From: Blastocladiella emersonii ATCC 22665
Lineage: Eukaryota; Fungi; Blastocladiomycota
Reading direction: 5' to 3'
DNA length: 64,000 nucleotides
Assembly (NCBI GenBank): GCA_025594325.1
Contig: JANHCV010000009.1
Span: forward strand, 1,116,001 to 1,180,000
Position 1 is the stretch's first letter; every line of letters starts with the position of its first letter. The notes beneath the pieces are model-generated. The model was not told the DNA's origin. It was given only the letters and a program-made list of their open reading frames with translations, and made no database searches. This document shows positions 33,748 through 45,182 of the stretch, in pieces. The position numbers and the translations under genes are program-made.

Positions 33748-36700
33748 TCACTCAAGCGCCTCGGCCACCATCGGATGCAGTAGCAGCGTCAGGGACCCCG
33801 CGTCGTCATACGGGTTGAGGAACCACTCGCGGAACTCGCTGAGCTGATCAGAGTCGGGGCGGTCGTAGTTCGGGACGGCGTGGACCACGCTCACGAGAGA
33901 AGTGAGAGGGACGACCTGGTGCCGCGCGTGGCCGGCGGCGATGCGCGTCAGGCCGAACAGCTGCGCCGGGTAGAGCTGGTTCGTGAGCTGCGTGAGCTCG
34001 CGGCGGACGCCAAAGCGCTCGACGATGGCGACGCGGTGCAGCTTGTCACCGTGCGTGAACTCGAGCACTGCCTTGAGGCGGCCGACGCGGAACGACTTGA
34101 TTGAGGTCGAGTACTAGAGATACAGGCGGCGGCGTCAGCAGTTGTTGCGAGACAGCGAACGACCGGCACAGCGTACCAGGACCCAGTCGGCAGTCGCGCC
34201 CTTGGCGACCATGCACCGAGCGACCATGCGCTCAGCGAGGAAGCTGCCCGGCGAGACGTTGGTCCACTCGAACTCGCCGAACACCTTGAACTAAACGTGC
34301 GGCACGCGGACGCGTCAGTGAGGCGATATGCACGCCCCATGCAAGCGGAACGTACCTGCTGAATGTCTCGCGCAGAGCCTGGCCGCCACGTGGCCGACAT
34401 CTGCAGGGCCGCCGACGCAACACTGAGGCCTCGGAGGTAGGTGGCGAGCGCGGAATGCAGGTGCGGGACAAGCGAGTTGAGCTGCTCCATCGAGACGTTG
34501 TTGAGCTGGCCTCGCGGCGTCACGCTGCGCGCCGTGAGCCGCTGTGGGATGTTGTTCAGGCGCGAGTTGGTGCCGCCGAGGTCGACATTGAGCTGAAGTC
34601 TCTCGAACTGTTTCGGATCGTACCCCTGCAGTGTGCGGTGTCGGCGAAAACGTCGTGAGCGAGGTCAGCAACGCTATTTGCGAGTATTGTACCTTGAGGT
34701 TCCCAACGGTAGCGAGCTGGACGAGGACTGAGCGATGGAGATCGTGCTGCGCGACGCGATCGGCCATCTGCTTGGTCGCGGCGACGGACCAATTGATGCG
34801 TTCCGGGAGCGCCTGGGCGTGATCGCGGTCGAGCCGCTCGAAGCGCTCCATGCTCGCGACCCACAGCGGTCCGTAGTCGCGGATGAAGGCCATGTACTCG
34901 CTCAGCGTGTGGTACTCAAGCGAGTTGGGCGGGTCGAGACCAGCGGCCAGCAGCGCGTCGTGGAAGCGCGAGCGCGCATGGTCCGCGACGTTGAGCGTCA
35001 GGTCGCACGGCGCGGCCGCCTCGATGAGCGTGCAGAACGTCGCGTGGTGCGTCACGATGTCGAGGAACGCCGGCTCGACGATACCAGCGAGCGCGGGGAC
35101 GATCACCTAGAAAGTGCGGGCGACGGGTGTAAATTGTGCGAGAACGGTGGCGGGAAGTACAAGAGCGTCGTACTCGCATCAGGTCCTGATAGTCGCGCGC
35201 AGCCGGCGGCGAGTCGGCCTCGGAATCAGACTCGGACGGGAGCAGGATGCGCTTCGGGTTGAAGTCGGGCGATACGGAGCGCGGCCGCGGGGACGCCTTG
35301 ATGCGGTAGCACACCATCTCGAGGAGGTCGTGCGGCTCGTAGTGCGGGTGAGCGTCGGCGAGCGCGAGCAGCTTGTCGCGGATCATGGGCACAACGAAAT
35401 TCTTCGTCACGCCGAGGTGAAGCTGTCCCGCGGGATCGACGGCGATGCGCTCGTGGATTGAGGAGGCGCCTTGGAGGGGGACCGGCCATAGTGCGTTCTA
35501 CACCCAAGAGGGATAGGTCAGTCGTACGCGCCAGCCGAGCGCTTCAAGTCGGCGCACCTTGTGGGGCAAGAATCCGAGAGCGTTTGCCTCGGCCCTGATC
35601 GTCGCAATCTCAGCGTGGGCTGCGTCAACCTGAGTCTTGGGTCCCCCTGCGCGAAGAGCGCTCAGGAGCCGCGTATGCTCGTGAGCGAGCTCCATGACGC
35701 GCGGCACGTTGGGGGAGTCGGGCGAGTGCCCGGCCAGGTCAAGCAGCTGCACCCGGTCAGACGGAGATGCAATGCAGCAACGAACACAGATCGTGGCCGC
35801 GTGTGAGCAGCAAGACGGAGTAAATGCGCCTTACAATCGACGCACCGAGGGCAAGGAACATTTCCGTCATCGTCGTCCTAAGCATGGGCGAGGTCGTCGT
35901 CGAGCGTGTGTGCAAAAGTCGCCAGCTGCTGCCGATCGCCGACGCAAAGGTAGAGGATCGGGACGATATTGGTATCCAATTTGCCGAGAATTTTCACTGC
36001 CACGCCGCTAATGGTTCGTGAGACGAGTGAGCGTGCGCGCGTCGTTCGTCATCAAGCACCAGATCTGTACCGATTCAGTTCGTCGAGCGTCTGCTGGTCG
36101 AAGAGGACACGGAGACACTCGTGGGTAAGGAGCCGAAGAGTCCCGGCGGCGTGGAAAGTGGTCTCCTCGTCCGCGTCCGCCCGCACAATGGGAATCGGCA
36201 TGTACCCGAGGAGGTGAGCGGCGCCGAGGTCCTCCCGGTTCGCAGCGGCAGGAGCAAGGTTGGCGAGAGCGAGGTAAATGGCCCACACGCGCTTACCCTC
36301 GGCGACGTCGATTGTACGCGAAGCAAGCGTGAAGAAAGCAGGGCGGCAATCGCGGCCGAGTGTCGCCGCGACCCGCGCCCACTCGTAGCACTGCGCAGGC
36401 GACGCGTAGATTCGGCCGAGGACCGGGTCGCTGATGGTGTGCGGTGTGAGGTCGATGTGATCCAGCAGCGCGGGGTTCGAGACGATAGCGCCCACGACGT
36501 CGGCGATCCGGCGATGCGAGAAGACGACGCGCTCCGTGGAGCCCCGGTTCATGCCGGGCCGCGGCACGAACTTTTCCACGAGCGTGTGCCGAAACGGGAG
36601 GAACGACGGGTGGCTGCGGACAAGGTTTTCGGCCTCCTGCCGACTGTTGAAGGCAAGCGTGATTCCACCAAGCGATTCGCGAGAGAACATTTCGATCATG

Positions 36701-37288
36701 TCCGAGTAATCGGCATCGGTGGCGTGGCTCTTCATCAGCGTGTGGTTCAGGCGGAAAGACTTGAAGTCGGGGAAGGGGGCGAGGATCTCGTCGTCGGGGC
36801 GCGCAGGCAGCTCGGGCAGAAGACTCGGGCTCGGGCTGCCCGCATAGCGCATGTCGCCGAGCAACTTGGCGAGCGGGTCCCAGGCTATGTTCAAGCCACG
36901 TAAACCAAACGATAAGGCGATGTTCGTCGGCGAGGGGCGAAAACGCACCAGAAGCGCTCGTCGTGTCCGGCGCACGCGCAGAAACCCGAGGAGCAGGCGA
37001 GCCCATGTGAAGCGGAAACGGGACGGCGCGCGCGCGGTCCGCCAAGCCAGGTGACTGGTCTGCCGCCAGCTGCTCACGACGCTGGCGTTTGAGTATCGGC
37101 AGTGGTCCCCCGGACAGGCGATCGTGGCGCATCGGCGCCGCAGCGGCGGCGGTCCGACCCGCCGAAGCCTCAGTCTCAACCAGCCGTGCGGCCTCGGCAG
37201 CTCGACGTTTCTCCATCGCGGCCAGATGAGCGTTTAGATAGCAAGGCTTTGTAAACTGTCTGTTGCAGCAAGTGCATGTGATTTTCAT
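33748..37288 (-). mobile_element. Degenerate Plavaka-type (CMC-related) transposase gene, multi-exon
   Basis: N-terminal CxCC..H finger (ITCTCCNRQF..YLNAHL); RIYASPAQCYEW, VWAIYLALANL, LLGYMP, LRLLTHECLRVL, PILYLCVGD, CPRC; C-terminal VHAVPNY..WFLNPYDD. In-frame stop near 35880. No TIRs found. Confidence 0.65.
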
Positions 37289-37459
37289 GGCGTAAGAGGC
37301 GAGCTGCAGAGAGCAGGGGTCGGTCTGTCGTCGGCGACGTGAGCGAGCGTCAAATCACGCCCACTGCGTTGGAGGCCCACTTCTCTCCCGATGCTCCTCA
37401 AGTTGAATAGCGATGATAGTCAAACGTATGAAGTAAATGTATACGGATGAGCCCGAACG

Positions 37460-39138
37460 CTATTCATCGTACTCGCGGCTCTTACCCGCCTTGCGCGCCG
37501 CCAGCCGGTTCCCGTGCGTGTGATCCCACGCGCACAGGGCGAGGGCCAGGACGAGTGCGGACGCCGACATACCGACGAACAGTGCGCCCGTGGACTCGAA
37601 GTTGCCGCTCGCCGAGATGAGTCCGGCGATAGCGAGCGGGACCGCGGCCAGCGACAGGTTGACGGCGACCACCGTGACGCCGTAGCCGGTCCCGATGAAC
37701 TTGCTGGGCACGAGGAGCGGGACGCACGTCCACAGGCTGCCCGAGTAGGCCGCGCAGCCGAGGCCGAGGAGGAGGACGCCGACGATCGGCGGGACCGCGG
37801 TCCAGAAGAGCAGAGTGTGCGCGAGGAGGAGCAGCGACGCGGACACGGGCAAGACGATGGACGGGTTGTCGAGGCGGTCGGTCACGGAGCCCAGGAGCGG
37901 CGCGCCGATGGCCGTGACGAGGTTTGGGATGCCCATGAGCGTCCCGGCGAGCTGCAGGTCGTCCGGGTACCACCGCGCCATGAAGACTATGAGGGGCGGC
38001 GATGTTAGTGCGGGTCCGTGATCGTGGCGATGAGCAGCAGCGGAACGTACAATCGGAAGCAATGTGGATGAACGGAGCGACGCAAGCAGCGAGGCACAGG
38101 GTGAGCGCGACGAGGATCCAGAACGCCGGCGGGAACGGAAGCGCGGTGCGGAACCAGCCGGCCGCGGCCTTGGTTTCGACCACATGGTCGTCGCCAGCAA
38201 ACAGCGCGTCGCCCGCGTTCATGGCCGTCGAGGCGACCACCGCGACTTCATCCGAACCCGCAACGAGCGACTCGTCGGCCGCCGGCCCCATGTGCGTGGC
38301 AAGCGGCGACTCGAGGTCCACGTTTTCATCGTCGGGCAGCGCGTCCATGGACACGGGCACGACGCCGCACCGGATCCGGCGCGCGTCCGTGTCGTAGCGG
38401 TACAGGGCGATGGCGGCGATGAGCGAGTCGAGGCACAGCGTAGTGCCGAGCAGGGCGGCCGCGCCGGGGCCGCAAACCCACAAGGCGAGTCCCGCGAGCT
38501 TGGACAGCGCGGCACCGCCCTGGGTCAGCTCCGAGAGCCGCGGCGAGACGGACGTCTGGACGGCGCCCGAGAGGCGGCACGCCATGATGAGGACGCCGAT
38601 GCACAGCGACAGGTGCCGCGTGTCCTGGAAATAGATGGTGCCGACCATGGTCGCGGCGATGTCAAGGGCCTCGCCGCCGAACCCGTTGAGGACGCGCGCG
38701 AGCAGGAGCGTGACGAACGAGCGCTCGCCAGTGCCGATCCAGTACAGCGTGTTGGCGGCGAACACGATGGACGTGAAGAGGAGCAGCATGCGATGGGTGC
38801 CGAACCGGTCGCACAGGTAGCCCGCGATGACGGGCAGCACCAGGTTCGGGACCGAGTAGACGGTGTAGAGCAGGTTGAGCTGCCACTGCCACGCCTCGAA
38901 GGACGCGCCGAGGAGCTCGCGGAGCGGGGTACTGAGCGACTACATCCGAGATGAGAGCCGTGATGAGTGACCTGATCTCGTTGCTCAGCGTCGTGCGGTT
39001 GAGACGTACCCCGGGCAAATCGTTGCAGTAAAAGTTGCCGACAAGCATGGTCGCGCACAGGAGCATGACCACGATGTGCGAGCGCGTGAGGTCGCGCGTG
39101 ATGCGCGGCGCGATGGCCGGCGAGGATTCGGCGGTCAT
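37460..39138 (-). CDS. MFS transporter, MFSD1-like, paralog 2 (3 exons)
   Basis: Same motifs and same two intron positions as 4157-6026 (NDLPG|SLSTPLRELLG; IASD|FFMARWYP). Confidence 0.85.
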
Positions 39139-39936
39139 GGTGAAGAACGCGTATGTGTTGGATTTTTTTTCGAGACACCAGCGGGACACGCCCGCCTTTT
39201 ATGCAAACTCCATGGCGACGTCGACCCGTCCGTCTCAGTCCCGTCCCATGCCAGCCGGCCGACGCGAGACAAGGGTCGACGCGGCCGCCACAGCGCGAGG
39301 TCAGCTGCCACGCGCGTCCGCGGGCAGGCGAGTCACGGCGCGCCGCGCGACCTTCCACGCGCTTCCACCAGGCTTGCCGCGGCCGCGAGAACCGAGCGGC
39401 TCAGCCGACCAGCACGCCAGCGCAAGAGACCAAGGCGCCATCGCTCGGAACAGCAACGGATTGTCCCGACGCTAAATCGACGCTGCAACCTGGCCGGGAG
39501 AAATTAGTTGGAGCTTCCTGGGTCTTCTGTTCACCCAGGAATGGTCGCGGCCCCGGCTGTCTCGGCTCCTGTTGCTTGCCGTTTGCGAACGGGAGGGACA
39601 TCCCTGGGGCCTTTATGTCTGCTTCGCATCGCGCCACGATGCCTCCTCGGCGGCCGCGCTCCGCTGCAGTGCGAGACGCGTCAAACAAACACGTGACGCG
39701 TATCTCGCACACGAGACGCGTTCCGTCTCCAGTCGCCTCTCCCCGACCGTTGAGTTCGCTCAAGTCCGCAGACGCGGATACGCGGGGAATGGATATATAT
39801 AAATACGCCGATTCTCGGCCGTCTGTGGGGCCGTGTACACGCAGGGAGGGAGGGGAGGTGGGTGGGGTAGTGACATGAAAAAATGACCCTAGGGTGAAAG
39901 TCTTCTCGTTCTCGTTCAGCTTCAGCTTCTTCTCAT

Positions 39937-42900
39937 TCAATTCTTGGGTGGCACCGGCGGCCCCTGGCCCTGCTGCCGTTGCCGGCGGCGCGACGACGAC
40001 TGCCGCTGCACCGCAGCACCGAACGCGGCCGTGAACGCGGGCGACACGATGGGCCCGCTGCCGCCGATCCCGCCCATGCCGAGCGCGAGCGACTGCGCCG
40101 CGATCGCCGAGTAGTCGGTCGACCGGACGTCGGGCGGCGTCCACACGCGCGGGATGGAGCGCGGACCGTCGCCATCGCCGCCGTTGGCCGCGGGTCCCGC
40201 CGCGGTGAAGCCGGGCGGCGTGATGGCGTCGTGCGACGCGGACGTGGGCGGCGGTGCCGCGGCCGCCGCGATCGCCTCGTCCGAGACCGCGAGCTCGTGC
40301 GCCAGCGGCGACCGGGCGAGCGGGTAGTCGGCGAGCGGCTGCTGCGGCTGGTAGTGGTGGTGGTGGTGGTGCGTAGGCGCCCCCGCCGCCGGTGAGTACC
40401 CCACGGGCGGGCCGTGGAACGACGGCAGCCCGCCCGTCGACGCCGGCCGCTGCAGGAGTCCGCCGCGGTCGGCCGCGCGCGCGAGCGCGGCAGCGCCGGC
40501 GCTCGAGCTGCCGCTCCCGCCGCCGCTGTTGCTGCGCGGGAGCGAGCGGGGCCGCGGGCTCGGGACCGTGAACACGATGGGCTGCTGCGCACTCCGCACG
40601 CTACCACCACCGCTGCCGGCTGACCGGGCGAGGAGGTTCGACGACGACGTGGACGGCGGCGAATCGTTTGCCCCGCCCGCCGCCGCGACCGACGGCGCCG
40701 ACGAGTTGGCCGCGGGGACGCGGACGGGCGCCTCGAAGTAGGTCGGGCGGCGCGGGTTGACGCTGACGCCGCGCGCGGCGGCGGCGGCGGACATGGGCCG
40801 TGGGTGGGGATGGTGCGGGTGTGCGTGCGCGTGGTGGTGGCTCGGAGCGGCCGCATTGGGCGGCGACGTGCCCGCGGTCCCGCCACTCGTCGACGGGTAC
40901 GGCCACGCGCTGGGCGGCGTGATAGCGCGGCGCAAGAGCGGCGGGCCACCGCTGCCACCAGCGAGGTCGCCGAGCGCGGCCGCGTCGCGCACACCGGTTC
41001 CGCCGCTGCCGCTGCGCGAGCGCATGGACAATGGGTGGTGCGGAGCACCGCCGCCATTGGTGGACGTAGCAGCGGCGTTGCCGGCGCCGCCGGGCGGCGG
41101 GTACGTCGTGTTCGGGTCGACGGCGGTGATGGCGGAGGCGAGGCCGGACACGCTCGCGTCGTTGCTGCGGGTGCCGCCGGCGACGGAGAAGGTCGACTCG
41201 TACGGCGAGAAGGTCTGGATGCTCTCGGGCGCGCGCGCGAACGCGAAGAAGCCCATGGCGCCGGAGCTGTCCGAGTTGCCCGCGGTGTTGCCGAGCGGCG
41301 TGAACATGGCGGCGTGGTGGAAGTGGTGGTGGTGATGGTGCTGCTGCTGCTGCTGCTGCTGGGCTGGCGCGATGGGCGTCGTCTGCTGGTACTGGACCTG
41401 CTGTTGTTGTTGCACCGGTACCGCGGCCGCGTCGAGGGACGGGAGCGAGTTGCCGAGCATCATCTGCTGCTGCTGCTGCTGCGGGTACTGCTGCTGCGCG
41501 TTCGGGTCAAACTGGCGCATGACGCTGGCCGAGAGCTGGTCGACATCCATGCCCATCCCCGCTGCCGCTGCCGCTGCCGCTGCCGCTGCCGCCGCCGCTG
41601 CTGCCGCCGCCGCCGCGTTAGCCGCGAGAACTGGGTCCGGAACGGCGACCGCGTGCGCTGCGACCTGGAGGTCCCCACCCCACGCCTGCTGTTGGGCAAA
41701 CTGCTGTTGCTGCTGCGCCATGACGGCGCCGGCCGAGAGGAACGGGTTGGGCGGGAGCCCGGGCGAGAGGGGCTGCGAGACGGGCCGCGCGTGCTGCTGG
41801 TACTGCGGCTGAACGACCGAGATCTCCTGTATCGCCATGCCGAGCTCGAGCTCGCGCGGGCGCGCGTCGTCAAAGAAGACGGGCGCCGCGGGGACCTGCG
41901 GCTGCGGCTGCGGTGGGGGCGGCGGGAGGAACACACCGCTGCCGGCCGCTGCCGTGTGGTGCGGGAGGAACAGCGCATCGGCCGACGTGCCAAGCGACGC
42001 GTCGAGCTCGAGCCCGCGGATCGCCGAGTTGAGCATCGACGACGAGCTGGCCGCGGAGGCCGAGACGGGCAGGGGAGGCGGCTGCGGGAGCGGGCGCGCG
42101 GTCGAAGCGGCGCCGCCGGCGAGTACACCGGCGGGGGCCGACGAGATGAGGAGCGCCGACGCGAGGTCGCCGCCGACGGCGCCGGTTCCAGGTGGCGCGG
42201 GCCACGCGGTCAGCGAGGAGGAGGAGGCTGACGGGACCGACACGTCCATGGGGTCGTCGGCGGGCGCGGCGGCGACGTAGCCCGTCGCGGCGAGGACCGA
42301 CATGAGCGGCGGGCCAGTCGAGACGGCGGACGGGGATTTGGACTCGCGGCGCGGCGGGGTGTCGGCGACGGCGGCGAGCGCTGGATCGTCGCCTTGCCGG
42401 CTCGTGGTCGTCGACGTCGCCGCGCTCGAGTCGGCCTGCGCCGATGACGAGGACGAGGACGCAGCAGCATCTGCCGCCGCTGCCTCAGCTGCAGAGCCGT
42501 CGCCGGCCGCGAGCACGTCGGCGCTCGACGACTGCTGCTTACGCAGCTTGCTCTTCTGCCGCGCGAGGCGGAGCCCACAGGCGTTGCTACACGCGCACAC
42601 TCAAATCAGCACTTCCCCACGACCCACACCCCGCCAAAAACACGTACCACGCATCCCTCGCGCCCGTCGGCCCCTTACGCCACTCGGGACTGTTCTTGAC
42701 ACCGCAGATGGCGCACTTCTCGGGCGCGTTGACCTGCTTGCGTTTCGCGCCGGCGACGGGGAGGCCGGCGGCGATCGACGACACGAGTGCGCTGGCGCCG
42801 GCGCGCGTGAGGAGGCCGATGCGGTTCTGCAGCTGCTGCTGGACGAGCGCGGGGTCGTCGCCGTTCTGCGCCTGCTGCAGCGAGCGCGAGCGGGAGCCAC

Positions 42901-45182
42901 GGCGGAGCGGCAACGGTGGCGTAGCCGCGGGAGCCGGCGGTGGCGATGACGCGGCGCGAGCCGGAGCCGAAGTCGGGACCGCGATGGTTGTGGCCGGATC
43001 CGAAACCGAGGCCGATGCAGGGACCGCGGCCGAGGGAGGAACGAGAGGAGGAGGGAGCAAAGAGGAACACGCGCGGAACACGTCAGCACCTGCAGCTGCT
43101 CCTCCCCCAACACCGCCAACCGATCCAAGTGGAGCAGAGAGCAGTACCGTTTCCGCGGCCTCGGATCCTGCTACGGCGGCCGCCGGGTTCGGAGCCGGCC
43201 AGTGACCCGCGAGCCCCGCGAACGCGGCGACGGGGTCGACGAGCGCCATTGGGTCGACGGGCGGTGGCGGCGGGGGCGGCGGCGCGGGCACCGCGAACGT
43301 GGCGACGGCGGCCGCGGCGACGGGGTCGTGGACGAACGAGTACTCGTTGGCGGGCGCCGCGTCGCCGCTGCTGCCGGTGTCGACGGCGACCGTGACGAAG
43401 ACGAGCGTGTTCTGCATGACGGCGATGCGCGAGAGGACCGTGACGGTGGTCGCGGGCTCGGCACTACTACCGCCGTACACGGTCATCCGATACGTGGCGG
43501 TCGCGTACCGCGCGTGCGACTGCGCGAGGACGAGCCAGTGCAGGTCGTGCACGAGGCGCGCGTAGTGGTCGGTGGGCGCGACTAGACGAGCGGACGATCC
43601 GCGGGCCGGGTCAATTGTTATCGGCGGGAAATCGGCGAGCCTTGTGGCCCACGCGGGTCACACAACGACGGCGAGCACACGTACACTGGCCCGGGATGAG
43701 GTCCTGCATGCGGACCGCGGCGCCCTCGTTGGGTGGCGGGAGCGGCCACTGGAGGGCCGTGAGCTGGTGGAACGCGGACGGCGGGTAGGTCGCGGCGAGC
43801 TGCAGGTCGTGCGTGAACTGGTTGTGTTGCAGATGCACGCGTCAGCGGGAGCGCGCGGAGCAGAGAGCAGCACGAGAAACGGAAACGGCGTACGATCTGG
43901 ATGCACAGACTCGTCGGCAACTCGCCGAGCACGCCGCGGGAGCTGTTGCTCGCGACGACGGGCGCGAGCCGGGCGATCTCGTCGACGACATCGGCGGTCG
44001 GTCGATCCGCGAAGCGGAGCGCGGGCGGGACGGCTACAAGGGCGCGCCACAAGTTGGGGGACGGAGCGGGTCAGCATGAATCGAAACTCGTTTGAGTTGA
44101 GCGAGCGGGCGGGTGGCTCGCCGCATCGGGTGGTCTGGGCCCAAGTGTGGCGCGGCGCGTCCAAGCCCGATGTGTGGGTCCACGAGGAGGTGGCTGAGGG
44201 AGGGAGCAGCGCGTACCGGTCGTTGAGTAGAAGGCGGCGAACAGAAGCGAGCGGGCGACAGGGAGACACCACGCGTCGAAGGCGACGGCGAGCTCGCGGT
44301 GCTCGGGCGATTCGGGCGACGGGAACGGGCTGCCGGGGTTGCGCGCGAAGATGGACGCGGCGAGCACAATGCTGCGAGAGGAGAGCGGATGATGTGGGGC
44401 GGGCGATGTGTCAGTCCAGATTCCGAGAAACACGCCAGTTGGCGAGCATGCATGCCCGACCGACCGCAATCGGCCGAGAATCACGCACACGAGCGCGGCG
44501 GCTCTCACAGAGGCTAGTGATCGCCGCCGCCGCTATCCCGGCGCGCGCGAACCGCGGCGCGGGGGGGCGCGCTGCGCCACGTCGCGGTCCCGCGATGCGC
44601 CATGCACGCGATCGCAGACGTCTGCGATCACCTTGGACGCGCCGTGCAAACGAACAGCGTGCGCCACGACGACGTTAGACGTGCGGGCGTGAATTCGCTG
44701 CGCTTCGGTCCGCGAGCGCGGAAGAACACGACAGAATGCGGACAAGCGCGCGCCCGGTTCCAGCGCGCCGGTGCGCGACGGGAGGCAAGCAAGAAAGCTG
44801 GCGGATATGACTACAGGGGGCGTCCGCGGGTGAAGAAAAGCGTCACGTACCCGTGTTCCACAGCGGGCGTCCGGATCACGTCGTCGAGCGACCCGCGCGG
44901 CGACGAGGCCGAGGCGCCGGCGGCGAGCAGGCGGCGGAGCTGGTGCTGGACGGCGGGGTCGGCCGAGAGGCTCAGCACGTGCGGCCGTGCGGTGATGGTC
45001 GGATCACTGCTGGACGCGGACGGGGGTGGTGGTGGCGGCGAGGCGAGAGCGCTGGCCAGCGTGCCGCTCGCCGGCGGCGGCGGGGGCGGTGGTGGTGGCG
45101 CAGCGGCCGACGAGGGGAGGGCGAGCGCGTGCGAGGCCGAGACGATGAGCCCGTCGAGGCTGACGAGGAGCCAAAAGTCCAT
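39937..45182 (-). CDS. PAS-like plus GATA zinc finger transcription factor (White Collar-2-like architecture), multi-exon, long Q/A/H-rich C-terminus
   Basis: CAICGVKNSPEWRKGPTGARD, intron, then CNACGLRLARQK. Upstream PAS-like segments MDFWLLVSLDGLIVSAS and MQDLIP..LVHDLHWL..YRM. The 5' exon structure is uncertain. Confidence 0.65.
41561..41616 (-). repeat. (GCTGCC)n/(GCC)n coding repeat giving a ~19-residue poly-Ala tract
   Basis: Seen directly in the sequence. Confidence 0.85.

Noticed and set aside
37312-37321. GCAGGGGT as a TIR for the second transposase gene
   Set aside because: Only 8 bp match the first element's terminus, it does not end in GTG, and there is no partner near 33.7 kb.
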